DNA of 63,990 bases, filler included, from Dirinaria sp. TL-2023a (lineage: Eukaryota): assembly GCA_051941275.1 (NCBI GenBank). It is 5 parts of 5 records of this genome, joined end to end, with 100 filler letters (N's around TTAATTAATTAA, not from the genome) between each part and the next. Parts side by side here need not be neighbours in the genome. Positions count along the whole stretch, not along the records: positions 26,401 to 39,473 come from JAVEBF010000716.1; 4 more parts are not named here. One strand, 5' to 3'. Within the stretch, counting starts at the first letter, position 1. Each line of letters begins with the position of its first letter. Positions 26,401 through 39,573 of this stretch are shown here, piece after piece. The position numbers and the translations under genes were made by a program. Under the pieces are notes generated by a model, which did no database searches, had not been told where the DNA came from, and saw only the letters and a list, made by a program, of their open reading frames with translations.

Positions 26401-29105
26401 TCCATATCCCTTTCCCGCTTCTCCCTTAACGCCTGCCTGGCCATGAAATTCGCGTCCTTCCTCAACTCGCGCACCGCGCCCTTCCGCTCCTTCTTGTGCG
26501 CCGCCTTCAGTTTGCCGAGCTCGGACCGCTGCCGGTCCGGGTCGTAGGAGTGCGAGAGCGGGTTGTAGCTCTCTTCGAATTTCGGGATGCTCGTTTTGAT
26601 GGGTAAGGGGCGGTGGTTGTGTAGCGCTAGCGGGCGGCGGGAGGCGAGCGAGGTGTGGGTTTGGGTGAGTAGGGTTTTGAGCAAAGGGTGCGTGTGCGTG
26701 GTGGGGAGGATGTTGTGGGAGATGAGATGTGATATGGCGGTGGCTAGCGGGGTTAGGAGTTCTGGCAAGGAGGGTTTTGAGGCCCAGAGAGTGGCCATGT
26801 GGGGGATTAGGCGGAGGTGTGTTCTCAGGAGGGAGTGTTTTAGGGCGAGGTTGGAAGAGTCTGGGAGGTTGTTGTTCGGGAGGATGTCCCAGAAGTCGAA
26901 TTTTGGGGGTTCGTGTTCTGGGGTACTTTTCCTTTTCTTCGCGGGATTTAATGGCAGTGCGAGAGATGCTGGGAGGTTGTGTTGAGGATAACAGCTGTTC
27001 TCCTGGTTCTTTTCTTGTGACTTTGGAGAAGGTACAAGCGCATACAATGTGTTTAGCGTGTAATTGACGACTTCGGGTATGTATCTTTTTGCAAGTCGCT
27101 GGTACTGCAGGCATAAAATGCACAGGTACGTTCCGGTTGCGAGGTCGCTCAATTTTTGCGGGATCTTGTGCGCGAGATAGCGCGCTATACTTAGCATAGC
27201 TGGCGTGACGACTTGGTGGAAGTGGTCAGAGGTGGGGAAGATGGTGCCGATTGCGGTCAGAATGATGAGGTCTCCAGGATTGAGTCCCAGAGCACGCGTT
27301 TCTTGGATTGATCTCAGGTGGTCTCGGAACGCTCGGCTGATTTCGGACGGATAGGTCTTTGCAAGGGAGTGGGTGTGACGGATCAGAGCTTCGACCACGG
27401 AGAAAGGAGGGTGAGTGGGTTGGTTTACGAGGTAGTGGATATGTTCCACGAGGATGGTCGAGAAGGCTGCGAGTTTAGATTTGTTTGCTGCTGAAAGCGC
27501 TGGCTGATAGAGCGCGCGGATACGTTGCACAATGATGGGGAGATTCGTGACAGCATGTGAAGCGGTGATCGCAAGAAATTCGGTGTGCGTTTGAGGACAA
27601 GGGAACGTATAGGGAAGATCGGAAGAAAGATCGGTTGTTTTTGTGGGCTCGACTGACATAGGTCTGAAGTCCGGGCGATTGCCGTCGTCGTTGGATATGA
27701 GACCCTGGACGAATTCGAGATCTTCTTCATCTGTCGAAGGTTTAGAGTCCTCGATGCTCTCTTCCATATCGGAGATATCAAGTTCAGAGCCGCTAGCGAT
27801 GAGATCATCTTCAATTACGAAGTCATCCTCGTCTTCGACGTCTAAGTCTTTAGTCCTACGCTCGCTGGGTATGCCTGCGCCGAGGCCAAAGTTCTCTTCT
27901 TCGCTGAGGTCTTCCTCCCCATCAGTCAGTATTCGACCACCATCTTTACCATTCTCTTCTTCACTCTCTGGTTCTCCTCTCATCCTCTTCAACCTTTTCT
28001 CTTCGAGCTGCTTTAACTTCTGCGCTTCTTGCTCCAGCTTTTCTTCTTCGGTCATAGTCCGCATTGTAGGCTTTGAACGCTGGTCAAGCGTAAACTCCTT
28101 CAGTCGCTGATCGTACTCCCTATCAGCCTGTGATCTATCCTTCCCATTCAGCAGGGCTAGCCGATCAGGGTTCATGTAGCCATTGGTTGCTGGAGGTTCT
28201 TGCTGTGGCAGAGGGCGCTTTTTCTCGCGACGTAACATCGCAAAAAGGTCAGGTAAACCTTTATCGAGCTCCGCTCGCAGATCGTCATCATCCTCTTTAG
28301 CTTGCTGGCGCTCGTACTTGTGGAGCTTGGATTTGGCGATAACTTCTTTCATGACCTCATTTCTCGTCTTTAGGCGTGCTGGATGCCCTGCTTCGTCTTC
28401 ACCTGATCCACTCCCTTGAGATGTATCTTCATCGTCAGAGAGTCTCTGACGCTTTCGTGGCCGGCCCTCATCCTCTGGTAGGCCACTACTAGCATCTGAC
28501 AAGCCAAGATCCCCCTCATTGAAGTCTTCCATCTCTCCTGACCCTCTAGATGCGAGTGACTGGCCGAAGTGCGTGAGCTCATCATCCTCGAGATTAAAGA
28601 GCGAAGCTTTCTTCTCCTCTCTTTGCTTTTCTCTCATAAAACGTTGCAAATTCCTCTCTTCGGGCGTCATCGTTGGGTCGTTCTCTCCAAAGCGTCGATC
28701 TCTAAGGCCTCCAACCTTGTTACGCCTCTGCATCTCCGGCAAGAGCGTCTTCCGTCGCTATAAATCCCCATTAGCTACAGACCTTCCACCAATGAGCCGC
28801 CTGAAGCCTACTTGCTCCTCCCCCAAGCCCTTCGTGACTCCAGGTCGCCCAACAACGCCTTTGGCGGGCTTTCCGGCAACGCCATTCTTGCTCACGAATT
28901 CGAATTTATTCCTTGTAGGCGCTTTGACTTCAAAAGGAGCAAATTGCTCTCTAATATTCTGCAAAGCTTCCTTGCGTCGAATTCTTCCCTCCTTCAGTGC
29001 GCCTGATTTGCTATCTTGCTTCCTCTGCTTCTTGGACTTCTGAGGACCGACCACACCGGAGTCACGGAGTGATGCTTTCAGCTTTTTTAATTGCGATGGA
29101 GGCAT
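26401..29105 (-). CDS. NOP14: Nucleolar protein Nop14 (SSU processome), 3' end cut by the contig edge
   Basis: MPPSQLKKLKASL..., one intron, RRNKVGGLRDRRFGENDPTMTPEE, KTRNEVMKEVIAKSK, FPTSDHFHQVVTPA, KKERKGAVRELRKDANF; no stop before the spacer. Confidence 0.95.
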
Positions 29106-29353
29106 GACAATGTGAACGGTACTAATCGACCCAATGTTTCTTTTAGTCGGGTGGGCTTTAGCAAGACTGCAGCCGTGAAAAACTGCTTCGTAGGCGGCAA
29201 AACCTCGGACCGAGGCATTCATCGTCAAGCCTGCGAAATTCCAGAACGCAGTCCCTCTCGCCCCCAAAAAGCTGAAGAGCTTCGTTGCGTTACGATACGC
29301 AATGCCTTACCCCAACTTTCTAGTTCTTTTGAATATATAGAGCTTTTGTGAAT

Positions 29354-30746
29354 ATGGCGAGTATCCGGCAGGACCTGCTGCTGGGCATTGCAGTTTGTAT
29401 GTGCTTCCCGACCCAGCAAACACACCATGTAAAGGCTGACACTGGCAAAGGCGCCATAGGATATTGCACAGCGCGCATTGTCCATGAACAGCTGATAGCA
29501 CTTCGTGAGGTCACAAAGGTCACTCAGAAATCAAGCAAGCCGCAAACACGGCCAAGTGAAGACTGTGCGCTACATAAGCTATCGAAAGCCAGGAATTTGC
29601 TGATTAGTGTCAGCCCTCAAGCTTGAAACATTGGAACAGCTCGTGCCAAATGCGAACAGGGATATTGCACAGGCGTCAGATCGCGTATCCTTCCCACAAG
29701 TCTACATCAAGTGTCTGACACTCATCAGGGCTATCAAAATCGTAGCTGAACGAGCAGTACGCGGCCGCACTTATGAATTCCTTTTGCGGCACATCATGGG
29801 CGCCAACGAGGAAAAGCGCAACAGGGCGTTAACGACACTATGTTTTCTCCATGAAAGAGGTAGGATGGCTGTATGGGCTGGCGCAGGACCCGTTTGTTGC
29901 TTACCTCCTCCGAAAGTGGACGATCAGGTACTCAAACCGACATTCGCAATATTCAAGGCAATCATCAATTGCCTTTGTACGTCAAATATGAACGATGAAG
30001 CAGCAATTTTCGAAGAAATGATACAAGATGGCAGTTGCTTCTATCGCAGTCAGCACTACAACGACGCTTTACGCCTGCTGCGGCAGATTATGCTGGATGC
30101 AGAGGACGGTGTTCGCGAGTCGTTACGTGCTGGCCTCGTAAGTGATTGGCTTGTGCACTATCCTTGGCAAGGTGCTGGGCCTCAAAATAGTCCCAAAGAT
30201 CAAGACAGTCTCAAAGAGGTAAAGCCTCACCCCTGCAACTTTGTTGACCTGATCGTTGATTCGCCAAAGATAATAAAAAAGCGAATGCAATGGCTGCACC
30301 CAGACAGCACGATGAGCTGGATTCTCCGAACCCTTACGAAGCACAAGAAGCGTTCACCCTCGGACCAGACGGCAGGCATTGTACAATTAGAAAAGCATGG
30401 GCTTTTCGATGAGCCGACCTCTGATGGAAGCACAGCAGCAAGTGCGCCGGATTCGACATCGGGTTTCCTTGAGATAGACCTCGGTCTCGAAGAGTGGGCG
30501 ACGAGTTGGGGCTCGCGTACACATGAGGAGAGCGAAGAAGAGGCAATGTTGCGTAGGCGCAGACGCGAAGCGGTGATAATCGAAGAAGATGGACAGCCTG
30601 CTGGCTCAGCCGATATCATTCAGCGGCTTCCAACTGATTTACCCGACTCCCCAATGTATTCTGCCCAAGAGGTGGAAATACTGCAGCAGATAAGGGATGA
30701 AGTGAACCTGGTTGATTTTCAGAGAATTGCACAGTCAATCGATTGA
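29354..30746 (+). CDS. Conserved Pezizomycotina hypothetical protein with N-terminal hydrophobic segment
   Basis: Multi-exon: MASIRQDLLLGIA..., ALKLETLEQLV..., AIKIVAERA, AGLVSDWLVHYPW, EESEEEAMLRRRRREAVII; divergent from NOP14. Exon boundaries approximate. Confidence 0.7.
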
Positions 30747-30876
30747 GGGTTTATCCTCACTCAGGCTTTGCTACTTCATAGGCGTTGGTGGAGCTGCTTT
30801 ATATGATACCCTAGAAGCGTTTTAGCATTATGCATAGCTACAAATTTAGCTCGCGTGCATGAGTCCATTTCCAGTT

Positions 30877-33327
30877 TTAAAGGCCTTTCCATAACAGCTT
30901 TGTCAGATGGTCAGCTTTCTTTCTGCTACTCTTGATCATGCCGAGGTACATTAATTCAGCAAGCGCTGAAGAGAACAGAGCCCTGCGAACCTGTCAGCGG
31001 GTTCACAACATTGAGCAAGAGCGCCAATAAAGACGTACAGTACTCTTGCTTGCTTCTCGTCTTCATCCTCGGCGTCATCAGTAGTCATGATTGTTTGAAA
31101 AGCGGACCACAGATCTGCCGTATTGATCAACGAACCAGACTCCAGATACAATTGATACAACACTGCTGTGGCCGGTTGAGAGGATGATAGGCCATTCTCG
31201 ACCGACTCGCAGCAGTCGCAGGCTAAATAATCATGTGGTGAGCTCAAAGCTCGCTCCACAGCAAAGCGTGGCTTTGGCGTAAAGGCGTCCCGGTGTGGCG
31301 TCTTTGCATCGTAAATCAGGATTTCGTGAAGGAAAAGGTCCTTTGGATTCACGAGAGAATTGTTGAAATATTCTCGCAGAGCCCCATCCACACGGTTAAC
31401 AATCTCCGAGTACTCTTTGTCTTGCTTTGATAGAGCTGAGGCCTGTTTACTGAGTTCGACCTTCTGCGCTACTACGGTGGTGCGAAGAGTATTGTGACGG
31501 ACGTCATACTCACTACGCAAGGGAGCTGCTTTGTCAACTTGGGAACCCACGAGCTCTCTTAAATTTCGAAGAAGGTCGCTAAATGTTGGATGAATGTTCG
31601 ACAACGCCTGGATCATAAGGAGCATGACGTTGGAAGGCATTTTCTTAGTCGAAAGTAATGTTTCTCGTAATGTAGTTGAGTCCGATAGCTTTCCAGAGAT
31701 AGCTTTGATATAGAGTTCAGAAAATGTAGCCGTTGTTTTATTTGAAAGGAAAGATTGGAGCACCCAGAGCGTCTTGACTGCGTTGCAGATGCCAGCTATG
31801 GCACTCCGACTCTTGCGTACATAGCTAGCAACTGTATCCCCTAAGACTTCATCGTTCTCCAGGAGCTGCTCAACTGTGTCGTAATGCCCCTCATCCAGGA
31901 GCTTTGCGGCGTGGCTAAGAACGGTTAACTAATCATTTCGCTTCAATGACGCTTCGCATAGCGAGACTAACTCTTTGAAAGATGGGAGTGACCGGACTGC
32001 CTCAAAATGCTGGGCTTGTAATTTCAATTCTCTAACATCTTCTGTGAACAGGCTCAGAGGGTCGCTGAAGTAGTACGTCATATACAAGTACTTCATTGTC
32101 AGCCTGCTATGCGGATAAAACCATTCGTAATCAATACCTTTAAAGATTGCAGAAAACCGTTGCTTGCTTGCAAGTAATCTCTATGTCGCTGCAGTATCAT
32201 ACTACTGAGGCCTGGTCCCAGCGCCAGACATTGTGTTCGATCAAAGTTCGTAGCTGCTTCGAATAGTGCATCGACGTCCACATGCGCGAGCTCAAATCGG
32301 ATCCCATGCAGATTGTTGATAGTAGAATGAGAAAGCCTTTCTTCGAAGATATCGATCGACGTTGCGATGTTAAAAAGTAATACGAAGGGGATTCGGTCTA
32401 TCCATGAGCTATTGATTTCAGCGTGCAGTCTCAGTATTTTGCTAATGTTGTCATACGTAATGACATCAACTAGATCGGCGAGTAGAGCATCCTGGAAGCC
32501 TTCACTATCTTGAAAGTAGAGAACGACTTTCTCGATGGAATTGTTTCGGACATGATCGCAAAGCACTTGGAGATCGTAGTTCAGACGACGAGGGCCCTTT
32601 CATAGGATTAGCAGTATCACACCAGAGATGCTTACAGCCAGTTACCGGGAGCTCATCATCGGTAGTACCAGAATCCTGACTGAGTACGTGCCGATTGATG
32701 TGCTTTAGAGCTGACTTAAGATTTAGAGCTTGGGTAGAGGCGAGCGTAACAGTACTGATGTTCTGATGTCCCTGGAGTTGGTGACATATGGCTTCAACGA
32801 ACCCAGTGTAGATAGAGGAATTCGGCCCGCCGACGACAAAACCCGTAGGTATCTTATTATTCAAACTTATCGGGCCATTAGCAGTGTGTGGGTAAAATCT
32901 CATAAGTGGCTACTTACTCTGCGGAGTATGCATTCTGCACAAAGGATCCCACAGCTTCAAGAACTTCGTTTTGGGCGTCATGGATGATTTTCTATCTTCG
33001 ATTAGTGCTTAGTCGAAATTGGCGGTCAATTAAAGCGTCTATTACGTTCAAAGAAGCTCTCAATGAGCTCCACGCAGCATTGAACAAGTCAAATCTAATT
33101 TTCGAACATTCCGAGTCTTCTTTCCCTCTGAGCAGCGGTACAAAAGGTAGTGAATGAATTGGCTGAGCGTTGGCTACGCGCTTGGGTATCTTTCTTCGTT
33201 TCTGAGATCTTTCAAGCACTGACTTTTCTTCGCTACCTACTGGGACGAATTCGTAACATGTCTATCGCAATATATGTGAGTATGACTCTACTGCCGACGG
33301 CCTATGACTGACCTCGAATTCCGCCAT
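30877..33327 (-). CDS. ORC3: Origin recognition complex subunit 3
   Basis: FVPLLRGKE, IPTGFVVGG, FQDSEGF, SWIDRIPFVLLFNIATS, PRFAVERALSSPHDYLACDCC, LYQLYLESGSLINTADLWSAF, AELMYLGMIKSSRKKADHLTKLLWKGL*; several introns. Confidence 0.93.
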
Positions 33328-33558
33328 AGCTGCCGCACCGCAAGAGTATATATGAAAAGATATTGACGGCGATTCGCAATATATCATTTGTGAGACAATT
33401 GTAGGGCTGCTTTGGGGCTTTTCTGATTAGTCAGCTAACCTACCCATTTTCAGTGAGAAACCTTCTCTCCGAGTTATCCACCGTAAGCTTTCAACAATCG
33501 GAAAGCGATCCTGCAAATTGCAGTATTTATCAATGGGCTGACTCGAAACCTCATAGCC

Positions 33559-34072
33559 ATGACCGGACACATTCATCCTGATTTCTCAGATGAGGAAATC
33601 TATGAGCCTTCTAAGGAAGAAGCTGATGCTCTGCTGGAGCAACAGGCTAGTTTTGATGCCCGAGCTCGGCCATATACACTCGAATTCAGCGAATATAAAG
33701 GCCTGAGCTTGGACAAGGTCCCAAGTTTCTATATTGATTGGCTCGTTGATGCTGAAGTGTGTGCGAGAAAAAGCAGATCTCAGAGAAGCCCTTAATAAGC
33801 ATTACCAGACCAAGAAAGCAAAAGGGCAAGAGGCGTCTGCATCCACTCTAGATTCAGGTCGCAAGCGCAGACTATCTCAAACCGAACTGCAATCATCTTC
33901 TCTAGATGCAAAGAAGGAGAACCTATCGGTACACCGCATACCTTTTTCGGACAATGACCAGCATATAGATAAAGCCATGGCCCTCTTTCGCGCCCTAACT
34001 GCTCTAGCTTTGGAAAATACAATGGATGTACAATTGACGAGACTCCACCAGCATACGTTCATTGGCTTGTGA
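33559..34072 (+). pseudogene. Probable frameshifted small gene with a DUF3820/QSregVF-like motif
   Basis: YTLEFSEYKGLSLDKVPSFYIDWLV in one frame continues as REKADLREAL in the next frame; shift near GTGTGTGC at about 33758-33765. Confidence 0.55.
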
Positions 34073-34853
34073 GAAGCGAGGCTTATAAGACCCACAAAGA
34101 TCTAACTTCGGCCTTGCAGAGCTCTCGAGTGAACGTACCCTTGCCGTCTATATCGGGCTTTAGTGGGCTTATTTTGTTAACATCGCGGAGCGCAGAGCTC
34201 CTCTGTCTCCCAAGAATTTCAGAAGCCCATGGCAGTTAAAAATATATGATAATACTAACAACTCGACTCACGGGCTCCAAAAGTCATCGATCATGGGCTA
34301 TGAGCTCTACTAGGTTGAAAAAGGGAAATATGAGCGAGAGCAAGATAGTCTAAGGATAGTGCGGTTTCCGAAGGCATCATGGCTTCCTTCCCGCGTTAAA
34401 TACCGTACGCAGCGGCTGAACCACCGAGAATTACAATCGTTGAAGAGCACTCTGAAAAGGTGAGCAACGGGCAGCTAAGATATCTATGGTCTTTCTCCGT
34501 TGATCTCTGGTCTTTTCGCCAATGGCGTATGAGAGTCACTCACTTTCATTGCGGTTTCACAGGGTAAATGATCCTCCCTTCTGCTACCGAAGCTTGTTTG
34601 ATATTATTAATAATGACCCATCTCCTTGACGTTTATAACGGAGTTACTGGATGATAAACGGACATACCGGCTTTAAGCTTGACGTCATTTATCGGTGCAT
34701 TTGGAGGTTGCTAGTCTCCTAGTATACAGAAAGTACCTTATAAGTATACTTGTCGTCGCGATATGTATACAAAGGGTGCACATTACTCACCCAAGAAGAC
34801 TATCCTTTCACCCTCTAAGAGCACCTAATCTAAACCCTCTTAGCTACCCGACA

Positions 34854-36078
34854 ATGTCTCTCCAGAAACTAAACTTTTCTGCCGGTATCTCATTCTATGC
34901 TACTCCTCATCCCTCGAAAAAGTCATCTCACAACTGACCCAGGTCAAAATTTCGTCCCGACCAACCATCACGACACCTACCCTCTCATCTCCCCGCTGCA
35001 ATCTCCTCTGCCCTCCGGCTTCAAAGTATTCATCACCGGCGCTTCTAGAGGCATTGGTCGCGCTACGGCCCTCTCGTACGCGAAGGCCGGTGCCTCAGCT
35101 ATAGGTATAGGAGCCCGCTCGAATCTCTCGGATTTAGAGCAAGAGATTGTGAAAGCAGCGCAAGATGCAGGCAGGAAACAGGTTCCGAAGGTCTTGAGCG
35201 TGCACCTGGATGTGCAGGAGCAGGGCAGTGTGGAGAAGGCGGCGAGGGAGGTGGAGAGCCAATGGGGAAGTGTAGATGTGCTGGTGAATAATGCCGGCTA
35301 CATGGCGAAATACGAGCCCATGCCGGAAAGTGATCCTTTGGAGTGGTGGAAGACGTGGGAAATTGTAAGTGGTCACCTATTCTCCCTCTTTCGACGCTTC
35401 TCCAAATCATTCCCTTTAAAATTTTCCCCTCCTTTGATTTGAAGGTATAGTTCATGGAGTGCTGAAGCGGGATATATCGAAATGGAGAATATAAGAGGTC
35501 CCTACCTCATGACCCGTTCTTTCATGCCTCTACTGCTCGCTAGTTCCGGAAAAATGATCGTGAACATCACCTCCCGCGGAGCATTAGTCACGTTTCCTGG
35601 GGCGAGCGCCTATCAGAGCACGAAATTCGCCCTACTGCGCATCAGCGAGTTCACGAACATCGAGTACGGCGAGCAGGGGATCTTTGCATACTCGCTACAT
35701 CCCGGCGGTGTGAATACGGAAATGGGCCGAGTCATGCCTCAGGAAATGCAGGATAGGAGTAAGTTTTTTCTCTCTCTTTCTGTTTTCTTTTCCTTTTTTT
35801 TCTTTTTTTTTTTTTCTCGGAGAGTGGCATCGTATTACGTACGTGACAGTCAAGCATGGATTATGGCTGATTGATAATGATCCCTCGTGTGTGCCTTTGC
35901 AGTATTTAAAGATACGCCCGAATTAGCGGGTGATACGATCGCGTATTTGACGCGGAGCAGGCAGGATTGGTTGGCTGGCCGGTACGTCAGTGTGCATTGG
36001 GATATGGGCGAGTTGTTCGCGATGAAGGAGAAGATTCTGGAGAACGATCTGCTGCGGATGAGGTTGGTAGAGGAATAA
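34854..36078 (+). CDS. Classical short-chain dehydrogenase/reductase
   Basis: HHDTYPLISP, ITGASRGIG, VNNAG, SAYQSTK (YxxxK), HPGGVNTEM, DTPELAGDT...WLAGRYVSVHWDM; three introns. Confidence 0.92.
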
Positions 36079-37483
36079 CTTGATTTTTCTTTAAAAAACA
36101 CTGGGTAGTGGAGAATAGATCAAGGAAAAACAAGGTCTTCTTGAAGACGGGAGAGTCTTTCGGAAAGGGTTCAGAAAAAGAACCCCCCCGCGCACAAACC
36201 CCATTCAAAATCTTATGTTAAAACCAATCCATATCAGCTCTATTGTCATCTTAAAATGCCTGGGAAATATTCGTGGCAATAGGGGCAACCTAAGTCGAAT
36301 ATCGTGGATCCAGCAGGTACTGTAGTACGAATATATCTCAAAATCGTACCTTACAGCCTCAGAGCATGGAGATTTTTGATGCCATTTTTGGGATCTGGTT
36401 CAGCGGTACCTGATGTTTTCCGAGCGCCAAGCTTGGTGTGATTGAGATAAGAACGGGCGCAGGCGGACAGGCGACGAGGAAAAGATGGAAGTGGGGGGAG
36501 GGGGAAAAGAAGGAGGAAGCTTGTCACAGGAACTGAGATGTAAGTTACCTACCTTACCTTAGGTAGTACGTGAAGGCTTTTAGCGAAACGAGTGTATCTC
36601 CATCTATATCAATGTTCCTTTTCATCCCCCCCCCCCTTTTTTTTTTTTCGCTTTTGGAAGGGAAATATGAAAATGAATGGGAAGTTGAGAAATATGTCTT
36701 AATACAACGTCTATTGGAAAGTGAATTAAATAGGAGGAGACTTGGCTTTGACTGACAACAAAACAAGAGGGAGGGAGGGAGAGAGAGAGAGACATAGAGA
36801 AAAGAGGGAATGTGGAATCACTTACCTGCGATGTGCATGTATGCGGAGTCTCAACAAAAAAAAAGAGAGATATCTTATTTGATGTACACAGTTGCAAAAA
36901 ACCAAAACAATGCGGTAGGTATGCACTACTGGCTCTGGCGTGAAATGTTATGTTTTGTATATTGGATGAAGGTACAAGTACCTGCTGAGATTCCGTTTCT
37001 TTTCTTTCTTCTCTCTTTTTCTTTCTCTTTTTTTGTGAGGTGGAGATAGGATGGAGGCAGCTTGCGGTTGTTGAAGAAGGTAGGATTACGCTAGAAGAGC
37101 TTGTTGTTGGTTGAGATGTGTTGAGGTTTAATTACTAATGGTTGCATGATTCGCAAATGTTGGGTGAAAGGCCGGTGATGCGATATGAAATGACTCTCTA
37201 AGTATAGGGGTAATGTCTTGCTGGGAGGATTTTGGTTGAGATGTCAACCGCCGGTCTCGGTTGACTGAGGGGAGGTTTTAGCATGTGGCGATTTCAGGGC
37301 TTTGGCTCAACAAATTCTGTTGGATCCCATCTATACTGTATATAAAAAATGGCGCAAGGTACTGTGCGCGCTTTCTCTCTCTTTTTCGACTCCACACGCA
37401 AATGCCGACACGCACATACCGACGTACAAACTTACACAAGTCTTTTCACACATCTAGTCTCCGACTCATCACTCGCGGTCAGT

Positions 37484-38023
37484 ATGCCTCCAAACCGCCG
37501 CAATGCAATCAGGGCGTGCCACCACCCAATGCATCGCTACAGAGGGAGAAGACCTCTCACTGTCACGACGTACAGCCAAATAATGTTCGCTTACCACGCG
37601 GCGAACCTCAGCCTTGGGGCGTCGTACACTCCAACTAGCCCACCGCCCCCATCTTCCGGGCCTGAAGCTGCGTCAAGCAGTGTGAGTCTGTTTTCCGACC
37701 CACACGGTCCCTATCCCAGCCCGCCGCCACCGAGACCTGTCGATCTTAAGGGAAATGATTCCGAGGACGAGATGACGCTGACGGATGAGAAGATAGTGAG
37801 TGAGGAGGATTACTTTGCAGACGACGAAGGTGAAGTCCAGGACGAGGAGTTGAAGGAGGACGCCAAGAAAGAAAATGAAGAACGGAAAGAGCACAAGAAT
37901 CGATATTCATCATTCTTCCGAGAGGGCGGCAAAATCATTGTCCGTGGTCCGAACAGCATGAAGCCTCGGTACCCAGGGATAGTTTGGCACGTGACCTTCC
38001 GAACGCGAAACCGAGAAAATTGA
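37484..38023 (+). CDS. Orphan protein with Pro/Ser-rich and acidic segments
   Basis: Open frame 37349-38023; TATATAAAAA at about 37339-37348 favours ATG 37484; coding-like composition in the acidic part; no family recognised. Confidence 0.5.
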   Translation: MPPNRRNAIRACHHPMHRYRGRRPLTVTTYSQIMFAYHAANLSLGASYTPTSPPPPSSGPEAASSSVSLFSDPHGPYPSPPPPRPVDLKGNDSEDEMTLTDEKIVSEEDYFADDEGEVQDEELKEDAKKENEERKEHKNRYSSFFREGGKIIVRGPNSMKPRYPGIVWHVTFRTRNREN

Positions 38024-39459
38024 ACGCGCATCGGAGGTCGAAAGAGTAGAGGGAAGATGCGAATGTAACCGACATTCATCCCTAGCAGCGAACTGGAGAG
38101 ATTGGGCCCGACAAATTTTTGATGCTCTGATGCATCCAATAATCGGCGCTTCGCTAAGGTAAGGGGAAAACATGAGCCTCCCCCTGAATACCTAGGCCAG
38201 AATAATATTACTAATAGGTGAGGGGTCAGGGGTACAGTACCTTAAGGCCGCTCCAGACTCTGCAGTCTACCGCACTACCGCAGCCGCTGAAGCCGAGTTT
38301 CAGGAGCGATTTGATCGCTTCCATCTCGGCATCTCGCCTGTTGCGGCTCATGTCGATAGCGTGCAAAGATGCATTAAGATGCATTATTATTATTCGCGGA
38401 CCATCTCCCAATTTTTATCAGATCGCATTGGGAGAATTGGATTCTCCGAACAGCGCAGGCTCAAAATCCAATGCAATGCAATGCAATCAAATCATCTATA
38501 TCCAGATCGTAGACAGACCGACGAAGTCAGATCAAGAATAGGTTGCCAAAGCTTTTGGAATGGGTGACATCAATCCCGGATCTTGTATTTAGCGGCTGCC
38601 TTGTTTCGCAAAACGGTCCAAAAGTTGCCTTCTTCGATGTTTGACGGCTGAAATGAGTCGCAAGATTTCTTGACTGTGCCGAAAGCCGAACGCATCGATG
38701 CGCCTACTGAGTTTCAAGAAGATCATGTATTCGTTGTGCAGAATTATAAACAAGATGTCTTTCGAACATCCCGAGCTACGCCACAGTGGATGTGACGATA
38801 ATAAAAGTCTTGCGCCCACGAGGCCCGTGTGCGAACGGCGAAGTCCAATGACTGCTGAGTATGATCGTTAAACACTTAGACCCAGGTCGCTCACTTGTGT
38901 GATATTGCAGTGCTCGGCCGCACATCGCTGTACTTGAGCTACGGTAATGCAAGCTCACGGTAATTGAGGGATCGGAGCCACGCACTTCCAATTCGAAGCG
39001 TTGGGAGCCTTAATAGAAAGACATGTTTTCAGGAGTGTTGTGCCCAACCAAGATAGCCTACATGTAGGTAGGTTATGTGCCTCGTTCGTTCGAAAATGAG
39101 TGGGAATATGCTTGAGCTGCAACGACGTACGATATTTGAGCGACCTGAGACATGTACTCCCATTCCGAAGCATTGATGGCTTTAGAAGAGCTAATTGCAG
39201 GACGGCTACGGGCAATCAACTCGACTCAGTAACCATGACAGACTAGGGAGGCTGCGTGCCCCATTCAGTCGAAAAGGGGGGGAGCGAGGGTTGTATAAGA
39301 AGAGCATGCCTGCCTCACTTTCTCCAAGCCAGAAACAACATCCACAGCAACCTGACAAACTTTCTCAAGACCACGAAACCTGCACGTCCCCTAATCAATC
39401 ATATACATAAACCAGACCCACCCCCCACCCCTTCAGCTACCACGTCCGAAAAGACCAAA

Positions 39460-39473
39460 ATGCAATACAAAGC
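39460..39473 (+). CDS. Start of a gene (MQYK...) cut by the contig edge
   Basis: TATAAGAA at about 39294, C/A-rich leader, CAAAATG start context directly before the spacer. Confidence 0.4.
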
Positions 39474-39573
39474 NNNNNNNNNNNNNNNNNNNNNNNNNNN
39501 NNNNNNNNNNNNNNNNNTTAATTAATTAANNNNNNNNNNNNNNNNNNNNNNNNNNNNNNNNNNNNNNNNNNNN
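39474..39573. other. Artificial contig-joining spacer
   Basis: N44-TTAATTAATTAA-N44. Confidence 0.97.
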
